Source of the DNA: Verrucomicrobiota bacterium
GTDB taxonomy: Bacteria; Verrucomicrobiota; Verrucomicrobiia; Limisphaerales; CANJXF01
Length of the DNA: 64,000 bases
Direction: 5' to 3'
Assembly: GCA_038214755.1 (NCBI GenBank)
Contig: JBBQRQ010000013.1
Location: 1-64,000, forward strand
Position 1 is the stretch's first letter; the number at the start of each line of letters is the position of its first letter. The notes beneath the pieces are model-generated. The model did no database searches and was not told the DNA's origin. It saw only the letters and a list, made by a program, of their open reading frames with translations. This document shows, one piece after another, positions 47,517 to 58,233 of the stretch. A program made the translations under genes and the position numbers.

Positions 47517-48278
47517 ATGGCAAAAACTTCTCTGACCTCCATCGTTGGTTATTGCGATAAAATTTTGCACACGGAAAAATTCACCGATTGGGACGGCGCG
47601 GCCAACGGACTTCAAGTGGAGAACCGCGGTCACGTCACCAAGATTGCGGCGACGGTGGATGCGAGTCTGGCGACGATCAAATTGGCGACAGAAGCGAAAG
47701 CGGATTTGCTTATTGTGCATCACGGGCTTTTTTGGAGCGCGACGCACCCGTGGACAGGCCAGCGGCGAGAGATGTTGCGCCTGCTGGTGGAAAAGAATTT
47801 GGCCGTTTACAGTTCGCATCTGCCGCTGGATGCGCATCCGAGACTGGGCAACAACGCGCAACTTTGTGCTGCGCTCGGTTTCAAAAATCTGAAGCCATTT
47901 TTCGAGAGCAAAGGACAGTTCATCGGCTGGCAAACCAAAACGAAAATTGCGCGGGGCGAATTGTCGCGGCGTCTTGGAAAAATTCTCGGCAAAACGCCGA
48001 CACTCTTGCCGGGCGGTTCGGAAATTTGTGGGCGAATCGGAATCGTCACGGGCGGCGCGGGAGCGGATTTAAAAAAAGCGGCAAACGGAGACGTGGACAC
48101 GTTCGTCACCGGCGAAGGTCCGCATTGGACTTATGCGCTGGCGGAAGAATTGAATCTCAACGTTTTTTACGGCGGCCATTACGCGACTGAAGTTTTCGGC
48201 GTTAAGGCGTTGGCCGCGCATCTCTCGAAAAAATTTAAACTGCCTTGGACGTTTCTCGATCACCCGACTGGATTATAG
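47517..48278 (+). CDS. Nif3-like dinuclear metal-centre protein (YbgI family)
   Basis: NGLQVE, IVHHGLFW, HLPLDAH, TGE, GHYATE. Confidence 0.93.
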   Translation: MAKTSLTSIVGYCDKILHTEKFTDWDGAANGLQVENRGHVTKIAATVDASLATIKLATEAKADLLIVHHGLFWSATHPWTGQRREMLRLLVEKNLAVYSSHLPLDAHPRLGNNAQLCAALGFKNLKPFFESKGQFIGWQTKTKIARGELSRRLGKILGKTPTLLPGGSEICGRIGIVTGGAGADLKKAANGDVDTFVTGEGPHWTYALAEELNLNVFYGGHYATEVFGVKALAAHLSKKFKLPWTFLDHPTGL

Positions 48279-48280
48279 AT

Positions 48281-48426
48281 CGTAACCGACGCCGTGAGGA
48301 GGCGGACTCCGGCCAACGGAACGCCGATCTCCAGATCGGCTCGCGCACAGTCGAGCATCTGCGGCCGATCGGGAGATCGGCGTTCCTGGCGCGAGCGAAA
48401 TCCGCCTCCTCACGTCGGCGGTTACG
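48281..48426. repeat. REP doublet (39946 family) with a second palindromic family nested at 48318-48386
   Basis: Outer CGTAACCG..GTGAGGAGGCGGA/TCCGCCTCCTCACGTCGGCGGTTACG; inner GGAACGCCGATCTCC/GGAGATCGGCGTTCC. Confidence 0.9.
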
Positions 48427-48430
48427 GACT

Positions 48431-51049
48431 TCAACCTTCTTCGGCCTTCGGACTTTTCCGTTTTTTTCCGAAGGCGACGAAGGCGCAGACAACGATTCCC
48501 ACGCACAGCGCGCCGAGGCTGACGTAGAGCGTGTTCACCGGCGGCTCGAAACGAAATTCAATTTTCTGATTGCCCGGTTCGAGTTGAACACCGCGCATGA
48601 TGTAGTTGCAGCGCAGCAACGGTTTTTTCTCGCCGTTGACGAACACTTTCCAATCCGCGTCATACTTATCGTTCAGCAATAAAACAGACGGCGCTTTCAC
48701 ATCGGCAGACAATTCCACTCGCTTGGGATGATAGCTGACGATTTGGACTGAGCCGGCGATTTGATTTGTCGAAACAGTTTTTTCCCGCCCGGGAATCTCA
48801 CTGCTGACGAGCACCGTTTGCTGCGGATCGAACGCGGGGTCGCTCAATTTCTCCAAAACACTTTGATCGTTGGTCACGACTTGCCATTGACTGAAAAGTT
48901 TGGCGCGCGGCAATGCGCCCGTGAACTCGATCAGGGCAAAGGTGCCGGCCGGATTGGTTTCAATGAGATAGGCGCCACTTTGCGGATCCTGAGAAATATT
49001 GAAAGCGGTGTGAAGCTTGAAACGTTTCTGCGCGGGGTCGAGTTGGAGATTGATCGAATCGACGAAGCCATCGGCCAACCCAAACAAGTAGCGCACATTC
49101 GTCAGTTGCCACATCCGAACAAGTCCCGGTAGTCCCGCTTTGCGAAATGCCGCGCGATAGATCGCATTGTCCGAGGCTTCCCGAGGTTCCTGCGACACGT
49201 CGATCGAGGAGATGTTGTAGTAAAGAAAATGGTGCTGGAGCCACTCGGTGTAATAAACATTGCGATGAAAAAATGTCGTCGCGTTGTTCACCTCAAACTC
49301 TCCCGGAAATGCGACGCGATGTTCGTAAGGCTTGTCCCGCAGTATATCGATCACCGGATTGGTCGCGTATTTTTCTTTGTAGTTGTGATAAACAATCCAC
49401 GAGACATCGGCGTGCGAAAGATCGGCAATCAACAAAGCGATGATCAAGCCGCAGGCCAGTTTGATTTTCCCCGCAAATCTCCCTCGCAAAATCTGCGTAA
49501 GCAAAATGACGGACGCGGCAAAAAAAAGAACAAACCAGCCCACTTCGCCGATGCTGAATTCGGCCATTTGCGCGGGCAGCCCGGTGTCCGGTTTGTCGAA
49601 ATCAAACTTTATCAGGTGAGCGACCAAAGTTTTCTTTGAGGAAGCATAGACCATCCAGCCCAACACGGCGGCCGCCAAGGCCACACCCGTTGAGACAACC
49701 CATTTTTTCTCGAAGGACGACGCCGTCGGAAAAAGTTTTCTCGCGCCATTGGTTTTGGCGGACAAGTCGCACAGGTAGCGTCGCACTAACGCTTCGCATC
49801 CGTAGCCGAACAAGAACAGAAGTGAGATGTGAAAGGGGTGCATGAATTTCAGCGGATTGCGGAAGGTGGAAAAATAAGGAAGCGCGAAAAGAAATTGGTA
49901 GAACGGAGCATGACGTCCCCAGGCCAGTAACAAAGCGGTGAAAGCAACGATGGCCCAAAACCAAACAAACTTTTTTTCCATCGCCGTGAAAGGGCTGTTT
50001 TGTTTCCGCAACGATTGGGCGATGGCAATAACAGCGACCAGGAGCACAAAAATTCCCCCGTATTCTCCTGTGCCGGAAAAGCGCGACAGTCCTTGTTTGG
50101 TCTCCGCGTACCCGGGCGATTGCGCAATCGAACCCCAATAAGATTTTTCGTAAAACCGGCTTTCCCCTGTGACCATGCGATAGCCGAAGACTCCGGGAAT
50201 CAGTAAACCCAATGTTTCGATTTTGGGCAGACTCCATTGCGTGGCCCAGATCCATCGTTGCTCTTTGGTTTTGTCGTCTTGTTGAGCGATGGCGATATTT
50301 GTCACTTGCGTTCCTACCAACGTGGTGATGGTGTGCGCGGCAGTCAGCGCCGCGAACACAACCACGACCGCCATCAGGGAAAACGTTTTTAAAATCGCAG
50401 ACTTCGAAATTTTTTCCGCTGCCAGTCCCGCGAACAATCCAAAGATGCCAACGTAAATACTGACGATGGCTCCAACATCGAAACCTTCCATTAACCCGAT
50501 GCCAATGGCGGTTCCCGCTAGAATTCCTTTGATCCACAGTCGGGAGATTTTTCTCGTCACAATGACGGCGATGGCCAAAAACGCCATGGAAAAGGCAATG
50601 ATCCACCCGCCCAAACCCCAGGCGGAAAAAGAAAACATGTGCATGTTGAGGGCAGCCGCCAAACCGCCGATCAGACAGACCCAGCGATGAAATGCCAGCT
50701 CGCGAAAACAAATCCAGACAGAGATGCCGAGCAGCAGAAGGGTGAAAGGAGCGTAGAGTTTCAGCAGAATTTCCGGCGGAAAAATTGTGGTGAGCAGGAC
50801 AGAGATGTCGGGTGCGGCGCTGACGGATTTCCCACCGATCCAACTTAAATCCTGCCAGTTGCCGGCGAGAGTGGCGGGCGGGCGATTCATCTCCGCCTTC
50901 ACCGCGCCGAGCGGGCCATCGTTGACAAACAGAACGTGTTTGGGATCGAAACTTTTGTAAAAAAGAAAGCAGAAGATGAGGAGCAGGAGACCCAGGAAAA
51001 TTAGAAAATCCCGACCGGAAACTTTTCCCGCAGAATGATTGATTTGCAT
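48431..51049 (-). CDS. YfhO-like multi-pass membrane protein
   Basis: Many TM segments; LP.FSTFRNP.KF, LPRA, W.V.VNG...LLRCNYIMRGV.L.PG...IEF.F. Confidence 0.8.
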   Translation of the reverse strand: MQINHSAGKVSGRDFLIFLGLLLLIFCFLFYKSFDPKHVLFVNDGPLGAVKAEMNRPPATLAGNWQDLSWIGGKSVSAAPDISVLLTTIFPPEILLKLYAPFTLLLLGISVWICFRELAFHRWVCLIGGLAAALNMHMFSFSAWGLGGWIIAFSMAFLAIAVIVTRKISRLWIKGILAGTAIGIGLMEGFDVGAIVSIYVGIFGLFAGLAAEKISKSAILKTFSLMAVVVVFAALTAAHTITTLVGTQVTNIAIAQQDDKTKEQRWIWATQWSLPKIETLGLLIPGVFGYRMVTGESRFYEKSYWGSIAQSPGYAETKQGLSRFSGTGEYGGIFVLLVAVIAIAQSLRKQNSPFTAMEKKFVWFWAIVAFTALLLAWGRHAPFYQFLFALPYFSTFRNPLKFMHPFHISLLFLFGYGCEALVRRYLCDLSAKTNGARKLFPTASSFEKKWVVSTGVALAAAVLGWMVYASSKKTLVAHLIKFDFDKPDTGLPAQMAEFSIGEVGWFVLFFAASVILLTQILRGRFAGKIKLACGLIIALLIADLSHADVSWIVYHNYKEKYATNPVIDILRDKPYEHRVAFPGEFEVNNATTFFHRNVYYTEWLQHHFLYYNISSIDVSQEPREASDNAIYRAAFRKAGLPGLVRMWQLTNVRYLFGLADGFVDSINLQLDPAQKRFKLHTAFNISQDPQSGAYLIETNPAGTFALIEFTGALPRAKLFSQWQVVTNDQSVLEKLSDPAFDPQQTVLVSSEIPGREKTVSTNQIAGSVQIVSYHPKRVELSADVKAPSVLLLNDKYDADWKVFVNGEKKPLLRCNYIMRGVQLEPGNQKIEFRFEPPVNTLYVSLGALCVGIVVCAFVAFGKKRKSPKAEEG

Positions 51050-51132
51050 AAATGATGTCGAGCCGCGCGGCCAACAGACGTTAGCGGGAAATATTCCGAA
51101 GCCAACTGCCAATTGCTGCGCGGCCAAATTTC

Positions 51133-51334
51133 GGGTATGATTGAAACCGGGTGAGGCGGGATTTGGTTTCCGTGGACTGCGGCGGCATGGCGCCGCTTTT
51201 CCTGCACGTTACGCGATGGAGAAAGTGCTCAATAGGGACCTTCCCCGCTCTTCCACCGTGCAGCCAAAGCGGGGACTTGTCCCCGCAGTCCGAAATAAGA
51301 TCGGTTCCCGCCTCACCCATTTTTAATCACACCC
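51133..51334. mobile_element. MITE-like element with 29-bp imperfect TIRs enclosing a GGACTGCGG...CCGCAGTCC REP doublet
   Basis: GGGTATGATTGAAACCGGGTGAGGCGGGA / TCCCGCCTCACCCATTTTTAATCACACCC; inner part matches 61130-61248 in reverse. Confidence 0.8.
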
Positions 51335-51416
51335 CTACATTTCGGAAGGCGGCGAGTCCGGTTCAATCGCTAGGCGTTTGGCAAAATCGATTTCCGAAAC
51401 GTGTCAGTAACAGAAC

Positions 51417-51480
51417 GGAGCGCAGAGCATTCCTCTGCGCGTTGATCCCTCTATTTTCGAGCGGAGCAATGCTCCGCGCT
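51417..51480. repeat. REP-like doublet GGAGCGCAGAGCATT.CTCTGCGC / GCGGAGCAATGCTCCGCGCT
   Basis: Inverted hairpin arms. Confidence 0.65.
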
Positions 51481-51549
51481 TTTCGTGGCCTTGGTTGGCT
51501 TGTGTTTTAATTGAATCGTCCTGGCTTATGTTTTATTTCGTTTCGCGAT

Positions 51550-52530
51550 ATGAAAATCGGAATCGTCGGTTGCGGCGCATTGGGAAGTTATTACGGGGCG
51601 AAACTCTGTCGTGACGGAAACGAAACTCATTTCCTTTTGCGTTCCGACTACGACATTGTCCGACGCAATGGAGTTCGCATTCTCAGCGACGAAGGTAATT
51701 TTCACGTGAACCCCAAGTGCGCGCGCGGCCCGCACGAAATTGGCATCTGCGATTTGATTTTGATCGCTTTGAAAACCACGGCCAACCATCAATTTTCAAA
51801 ATTGATTCCGCCGCTCGTGGGAGAGAAAACCGCCATCCTCACCCTGCAAAATGGGTTGGGCAACGAAGCGCAACTGGCAAAATTATTTGGCGCGGAAAAA
51901 ATTTTGGGCGGTCTCTGTTTCATTTGTTTGAATCGAATTGAACCCGGAGTCGTTCGGCAAACCGGCGCTGGAAAAATGGTGATGGGCGAATTTCAACGCT
52001 GGCCGGAGCCGCGCACGCATGACATCGCCGCCGCGTTTCGCCACGCGGGCACAGTGTGCAAAGTGGCGGATGATCTGGAGCGAGCGCATTGGGAAAAACT
52101 GGTCTGGAACATTCCCTTCAACGGCCTCGGAGTGGCGGGCGCGGTGGAAATTGATTCTGTGCTCAACGGAAAAATCGGATCGTCTGTGGTCGGCGCGTGT
52201 CTCGCCACCGACGCGTTGTTGTCAGATGCGCGTTGGGAAAAACTCGTTCGCGAATTGATGGCTGAAATCATCGCCACTGCGCAGGCGCTCGGGCTGAAAG
52301 TAAAAAATGATCGCGCAGAAAAGGAAATCAGCCGCACGCGAAAGCTCGGCTCCTACAAAGCATCGACGCTGATTGATTTCGAAAGAAGGCAACCGCTGGA
52401 ATTGGACGCGTTGTTTCTTGAACCGCTTCGACAAGCGAAAATTTGCAAGGTTCCAACACCGCGACTGAGTGCGTTGTGCAAAATTTTGCAGGAACTGGAT
52501 TCTGCTGGGGAGATAAAAACGCACAGATGA
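51550..52530 (+). CDS. panE: 2-dehydropantoate 2-reductase
   Basis: GCGALG Rossmann motif, LQNGLG, WEKLVWN...N, STL.D......E. Confidence 0.88.
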   Translation: MKIGIVGCGALGSYYGAKLCRDGNETHFLLRSDYDIVRRNGVRILSDEGNFHVNPKCARGPHEIGICDLILIALKTTANHQFSKLIPPLVGEKTAILTLQNGLGNEAQLAKLFGAEKILGGLCFICLNRIEPGVVRQTGAGKMVMGEFQRWPEPRTHDIAAAFRHAGTVCKVADDLERAHWEKLVWNIPFNGLGVAGAVEIDSVLNGKIGSSVVGACLATDALLSDARWEKLVRELMAEIIATAQALGLKVKNDRAEKEISRTRKLGSYKASTLIDFERRQPLELDALFLEPLRQAKICKVPTPRLSALCKILQELDSAGEIKTHR

Positions 52531-52576
52531 TGGTCCCCTCACGTGGTAGCTCACTTGCTTGAATTCGCCGTGCGGC

Positions 52577-53897
<1,321 letters not shown>

Positions 53898-53998
53898 TTC
53901 GGAATTATTTTCATGCGCGTCAATGCGTCAGCCTTGTTTCTCCTCATAGCTGCGATTAGGTTTTGTCCATGAAGCTGAGAGAAAATCCGACACCCTAT

Positions 53999-54412
53999 AT
54001 GGGCGAAGTCAGAGCCAAAGTTAAATTGACGAACACGGCGGATGCTGCGGCTGCGGCCGAGGGCCGCTTGCCTCTCGATGCGGTGCGTTCGGTGGAAGCG
54101 GAGGCGTTGGTGGACACGGGCGCCATTCGTTCATGCGTGCCCGCGTCGCTATTGGAAAAACTCGGAGTGAAACCAGTCGAAAAAGTTGTCGTGGAATATG
54201 CCGATGGCCGCAAGGAGCCAGTGGATTTGATGGAAGCCATTCGTTTTGAAATTATGGATCGTCGCTCGAGTGACGATGCGTTCGCTCTGGGTAACGAAAT
54301 TCTCATCGGCCAAACGCTTTTGGAGAAAATGGATTTGCTCGTGGACTGCGCGCGACAGAAACTCATTCCCAACCCCGCTCATCCCGACTTTGCAGTGACA
54401 AAGGTTAAATAG
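53999..54412 (+). CDS. Clan AA aspartic protease, stand-alone
   Basis: MG.V...VKL.N, ALVDTGA, ADGR, LIG...LE.MDL.VD. Confidence 0.82.
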   Translation: MGEVRAKVKLTNTADAAAAAEGRLPLDAVRSVEAEALVDTGAIRSCVPASLLEKLGVKPVEKVVVEYADGRKEPVDLMEAIRFEIMDRRSSDDAFALGNEILIGQTLLEKMDLLVDCARQKLIPNPAHPDFAVTKVK

Positions 54413-54457
54413 CCGAAGCCAGCAAGGCCGAATCATTCCGTGAAGAGAAACGCTCGA

Positions 54458-54622
54458 CCTCACCCCGGCCCTCTCCTCCGCAGAGAGGGAGGATCATTTC
54501 CGCTTTTTTTAATTGGGCGCGGGCCAGTTATTATCCGTTTCTTTGCGAGTGGCGCGAATGCGGGATCGGCAAAACGCGCCTCGTGGTTTTCAAGAAATGT
54601 CCATGATGGTTCCCTCTCCGGC
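54458..54622. repeat. Degenerate CCTCACCCCGGCCCTCTCC...GAGAGGGAG-type palindromic element
   Basis: One clear hairpin arm and a partial second arm. Confidence 0.5.
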
Positions 54623-54672
54623 GTGGGTTTGAATATTACTAACTGAGGCGGCGGCGGATTTACGAAAAATTT

Positions 54673-55296
54673 TTGAAGGCACTGATCGCAAACTTGGGCG
54701 CGTGGTATTTGGCGGCGTTGAAAACCGGCGGGTATCCCCTCATCGCCGCATTCATGGCGATTGAAAGTTCGATCCTTCCGCTCCCCAGCGAAGTCATCAT
54801 TCCACCCGCCGCGCATCTCGCCCACACGACGGGACAATTTACTTATTGGGGAATTGTTTTGGCGGGAACCATTGGCTCGTGGGTGGGCGCGGCCGTCATG
54901 TATTGGATTTCGCGCGTGGCGGGACGGCCCTTCGTTTTGCGCTATGGAAAATATTTTTTTATTCCCCCGGAAAAAGTTCACGCGGCGGAACGCTGGGCGG
55001 AACGAGTCGGTCCGTTCGGTGTGTTCATCGCGCGCTTGTTACCGGTCGTCCGGCATTTGATCGGGATTCCGATGGGCATCGTGAAAATGGATTTCAAACT
55101 TTACTCGATTTACACGATTCTCGGCTCCGCCATCTGGTGCAGCATTTTGTGCTGGCTCGGCGTCGTTGTCGGCAGCGACGAAAAAGTTCTCAAAGGCGAT
55201 ACGACGCGAATCGCTCTGTGGTTGATCGGCGCGGTGGTTGTTCTTGGACTGCTCTATTATTTCGCAGTGCATCGGCCGATGAAGAAAAAAGTTTGA
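54673..55296 (+). CDS. DedA-family membrane protein
   Basis: ESSILPLPSE, AG.IGS..GA, ARLLPVVRHLI.IP.G. Confidence 0.92.
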   Translation: MKALIANLGAWYLAALKTGGYPLIAAFMAIESSILPLPSEVIIPPAAHLAHTTGQFTYWGIVLAGTIGSWVGAAVMYWISRVAGRPFVLRYGKYFFIPPEKVHAAERWAERVGPFGVFIARLLPVVRHLIGIPMGIVKMDFKLYSIYTILGSAIWCSILCWLGVVVGSDEKVLKGDTTRIALWLIGAVVVLGLLYYFAVHRPMKKKV

Positions 55297-55345
55297 GCGG
55301 TAGCGTTTGCCTCTGGCGGCTTCGCGCTCCGTTTGGTTGGGCATG

Positions 55346-55451
55346 GGGAAACCGCTCAAGCGGTTGAACTCGCCTCACGACCTCAACACCCGGCTGAAGC
55401 CGGGTGCTAATGAGATTCGGAACGAACGTTGCAAGAAACTGAGATGCGCCC
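55346..55451. repeat. AAACCGCTCAAGCGGTT...ACCCGGCTGAAGCCGGGTG hairpin pair followed by a TGAGATGCGCCC end
   Basis: Two hairpins; terminal 12-mer identical to the right end of the 44285-44452 element. Confidence 0.6.
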
Positions 55452-55514
55452 GCCAGATCTGCCCTCGCTCCTTTCCCCTCGACAACGCATTCGGATGTGA
55501 AAAATTATTGCCCA

Positions 55515-56354
55515 ATGAAAAACTCCCTTTTTCAGACGGTGTTGATGCTGCTGTTTGCTTTTTCCACTTTCGCGCGCGCCGAAAAAAAAGAGCCGGGCTG
55601 GACGCCGTTGTTTAATGGAAAAGATTTTAGCGGCTGGTATATCATCAGCGGCCAGAAACCAAAAAATGAAGACCCGACTCATTTATTCCAAGTTCATGAC
55701 GGAATGGTGCACATGTATAAAGACGCGGAAAATGGGAGCAAACAACCTTCGGGCTACATCGTGACGGAAAAAGAATTTTCCAGTTATCACCTTCGATTCC
55801 AATACAAGTGGGGCGGAAAAAAATTTCAGCCGAAAGAAAATGCGAGGCGCGACGCGGGGTTGCTTTATCACGTGATCGGCAAGGACGGCGTCTGGCCCAA
55901 GAGCGTCGAGTGCCAGATTCAGGAGGGCGATACGGGAGATATTTTCACGGTTTCCACGAGGGTGACTACGACGGTGGATCCGAAAACGACTAACGTGGTT
56001 TCTGAGATTTTCACCAATGCCGCTGGTGTGATGAGGACGAACCAGACGGTGCGTCCGAAATTTATGGAGATGGGCGACGGTGGCGTGGTTTTTGTGCAGG
56101 GCGTTTCCAACAACATTCGGCGGGTGATAAGAAATCCCGAAAACGAACGCGAAGGGTGGAACACAGTGGAGGTGATCGTTCGCGGCGACAGCGCGACGCA
56201 CATCATCAACGGAAAAGTGAATAACAGAATTTTGCATCTCGAACAGATGGTCGAGGACAAATGGGTTCCGCTGACCAAAGGGAAAATTCTTTTGCAACAG
56301 GAAGGGGCGGAAGTTTTTTATCGGAACATCGAAATTAAAATGTTGGCCGACTGA
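55515..56354 (+). CDS. DUF1080 (3-keto-disaccharide hydrolase-like) protein
   Basis: LFNGKDFSGW, ECQIQEGDTGD, GWN..E, G.I.LQ.EGAEV.YRNI. Confidence 0.9.
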   Translation: MKNSLFQTVLMLLFAFSTFARAEKKEPGWTPLFNGKDFSGWYIISGQKPKNEDPTHLFQVHDGMVHMYKDAENGSKQPSGYIVTEKEFSSYHLRFQYKWGGKKFQPKENARRDAGLLYHVIGKDGVWPKSVECQIQEGDTGDIFTVSTRVTTTVDPKTTNVVSEIFTNAAGVMRTNQTVRPKFMEMGDGGVVFVQGVSNNIRRVIRNPENEREGWNTVEVIVRGDSATHIINGKVNNRILHLEQMVEDKWVPLTKGKILLQQEGAEVFYRNIEIKMLAD

Positions 56355-56360
56355 TTTTTT

Positions 56361-56508
56361 GGAGCGGCGCGTCTGTGACCGCCGCGGTTTGGCAATTCGA
56401 GTTCGGTGGTCGGACGCGCTGCAACAATAGGATTTGAAATGCGGCGCTGACAGGGACCCCGCTACAATTTAAATTTAAAAATGCGGCGGTCACAGACGCG
56501 CCGCTACA
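56361..56508. repeat. REP-like cluster GGAGCGGCGCGTCTGTGACCGCCG / CGGCGGTCACAGACGCGCCGCTACA with an extra internal arm
   Basis: Inverted arms; a related single arm occurs near 24950-24972. Confidence 0.85.
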
Positions 56509-56512
56509 GGTG

Positions 56513-56821
56513 ATGACTGAGGAATTTGACGAGACCAAACCATTCGAGCTTGCTGTCGATGGAGTTTTGGATTTGCACACGTTCCAGCCGAAAGAAATTG
56601 GCGGTCTCATTCCAGAATATCTGGCCGCTTGCCAGGAGCGCGGGATTCTTCAGGCACGGATTATTCATGGCAAGGGGATTGGAAATTTGAAGCGGAGCGT
56701 CCACGCAATTCTCGGCAGGAATCCTGAAGTGGTTTCGTTTTCGCTGGCTCATCCCATCTTTGGCGGAGACGGCGCGACAATGGTTTTGTTAAGACCCTGT
56801 TTGAAAACCCGAATCCCGTAG
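56513..56821 (+). CDS. Smr-domain protein
   Basis: LDLH, IIHGKG.G.L, GG.GAT.V. Confidence 0.9.
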   Translation: MTEEFDETKPFELAVDGVLDLHTFQPKEIGGLIPEYLAACQERGILQARIIHGKGIGNLKRSVHAILGRNPEVVSFSLAHPIFGGDGATMVLLRPCLKTRIP

Positions 56822-56909
56822 CCGCCGAGGTCACGAGGCGGATCATTCTTTCGATAGGCCATCATCCGCCTCCTCACGTCGGCGGCTACATTTTTTTCAG
56901 ATCGGCTCT
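56792..56909. mobile_element. REP doublet (56817-56890) inside degenerate AGACCCTGTTTGAAAA / TTTTCAGATCGGCTCT inverted ends
   Basis: Inner family identical to 39946; element supplies the Smr C-terminus and stop. Confidence 0.7.
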
Positions 56910-56930
56910 CAGACCAAAAACGGATTGACC

Positions 56931-57038
56931 GTCGCGCAGGTTTTTAACCTGCCGTATCGCGGGTTTGCAAGCTGCTGGATGTCGCGACGCCCTGCCGGTT
57001 GCAAACCGGCGATACTGCAGCTTGCAAAGCTGCGCTAC
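56931..57038. repeat. REP-like multi-hairpin element GTCGCGCAGG...CTGCGCTAC
   Basis: Four GCAAA/TTTT-looped hairpins, CTAC end. Confidence 0.7.
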
Positions 57039-57059
57039 GTTTGAATGCAAAGTCCCGCA

Positions 57060-58175
57060 TTAACGCGACTGGACCAGGACACGAAAGGGGCGGCCGAGAT
57101 GTTCGGGATGGGTCAACGTTTGAAATTGTTTTCGGCGGGCGGAATTCCATTCCTCAAAAAGTTGAGGCATCGCCCAGGTTTTTTCCGCGATGGTTGTCAA
57201 AAACTTCGTTTGAGAAATCAGCGCATCGGTTTTTAACCCGGCGGACTCTCCCGCATTTTTCAACGCGCTGAAATTAACATGAGCCGTTAAATCTTGTTCG
57301 CCTGGCCTCGCCAGCAAATCATTATTTCCATGATGACGCGAGAACGCCCGCAAAGTTCCAGCGCTTCTTTCCGGCACAAAAAATTCTTCGGCGAGCAATC
57401 CATAATCAATCGCGACCAGCTTGCCTTCCTGCAAAAAGTTCGCAGCCTCCGTCCACCATCCAGTCGCAGCGGGACAAACTTCGGTGGTGAATTGGTCGGG
57501 CAAAACTTCTATTAGCTCGGGTGGAAGTGCGGGAGCCAAAATCGCCGGGCGTGATTTTTCGGGAAGGCGTTTCCAATAAAAATTTGTGCCATCGAATCCG
57601 ACGCCCCATTCGAACCAGGATTTGCTGTTGGCCTCCCATCCGAAACGGTGCGCCGGCAGCGCGTCGAGAAGTTCGTTGCAAAAAACGATTGTGAAACGCG
57701 GAACGCGGAATGCGGAACGCGGAAAATCGGACCAGTCGGCACGCCATGAAATATTGTCTGCAAATTCAGCGAGAGTTTTGCTCTGCCAATTTTTGCGGCG
57801 CAGGGAAGGTTCGAGGATGCAGTAATCGAGGTGTTCGAAAATTTCCGGCCTGAATTTTTTCAGCCAACTCAAGATGTCCGAGGCAAGTTGTCCATCGTGC
57901 GCGCCCGCTTCCAGAATTTGCAAATTCACTTTTCCGCGTTCCGCGTTCTGCGTTCCGCGTTCCTCCAGCCATTCCGCGAATTGAAAGGCGAGCAATTCGC
58001 CGAACAAAGTTCCCACGCTGACGCTGGTGAAAAAATCCCCGCGCCGGCCTATTTCCAGCTCGCGTTCGTAATAGCCTTCGCCGGGAGAATAGAGCGCGAC
58101 TTCCATGAATCTGGCGAAGGAAATAGCTCCGGCATTTTCAAGCTCCGTTCGCAATTTTGAAATGATTCCCGTCAT
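57060..58175 (-). CDS. MidA/NDUFAF7-family SAM-dependent methyltransferase
   Basis: FARFM..ALY...GYY, GDFFTS, EAGA..G.L, NELLDALP, IDYG, PGEQDLTAHVNF. Confidence 0.9.
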   Translation of the reverse strand: MTGIISKLRTELENAGAISFARFMEVALYSPGEGYYERELEIGRRGDFFTSVSVGTLFGELLAFQFAEWLEERGTQNAERGKVNLQILEAGAHDGQLASDILSWLKKFRPEIFEHLDYCILEPSLRRKNWQSKTLAEFADNISWRADWSDFPRSAFRVPRFTIVFCNELLDALPAHRFGWEANSKSWFEWGVGFDGTNFYWKRLPEKSRPAILAPALPPELIEVLPDQFTTEVCPAATGWWTEAANFLQEGKLVAIDYGLLAEEFFVPERSAGTLRAFSRHHGNNDLLARPGEQDLTAHVNFSALKNAGESAGLKTDALISQTKFLTTIAEKTWAMPQLFEEWNSARRKQFQTLTHPEHLGRPFRVLVQSR

Positions 58176-58233
58176 TGACTTGCAGTATTGAGACAAGTTG
58201 GTAAAAAAGCTGCTATCACTCGGATTATTTTAT

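Noticed and set aside
48245..48682. ORFs spanning intergenic REP composites (also 41274-41492, 44128-44523, 62770-63132)
   Set aside because: Translations of palindromic repeats without support for independent genes
49602..51074. 490-aa alternative-frame ORF inside the YfhO-like gene
   Set aside because: Arg/Ser-rich low-information translation typical of off-frame ORFs in GC-rich coding DNA
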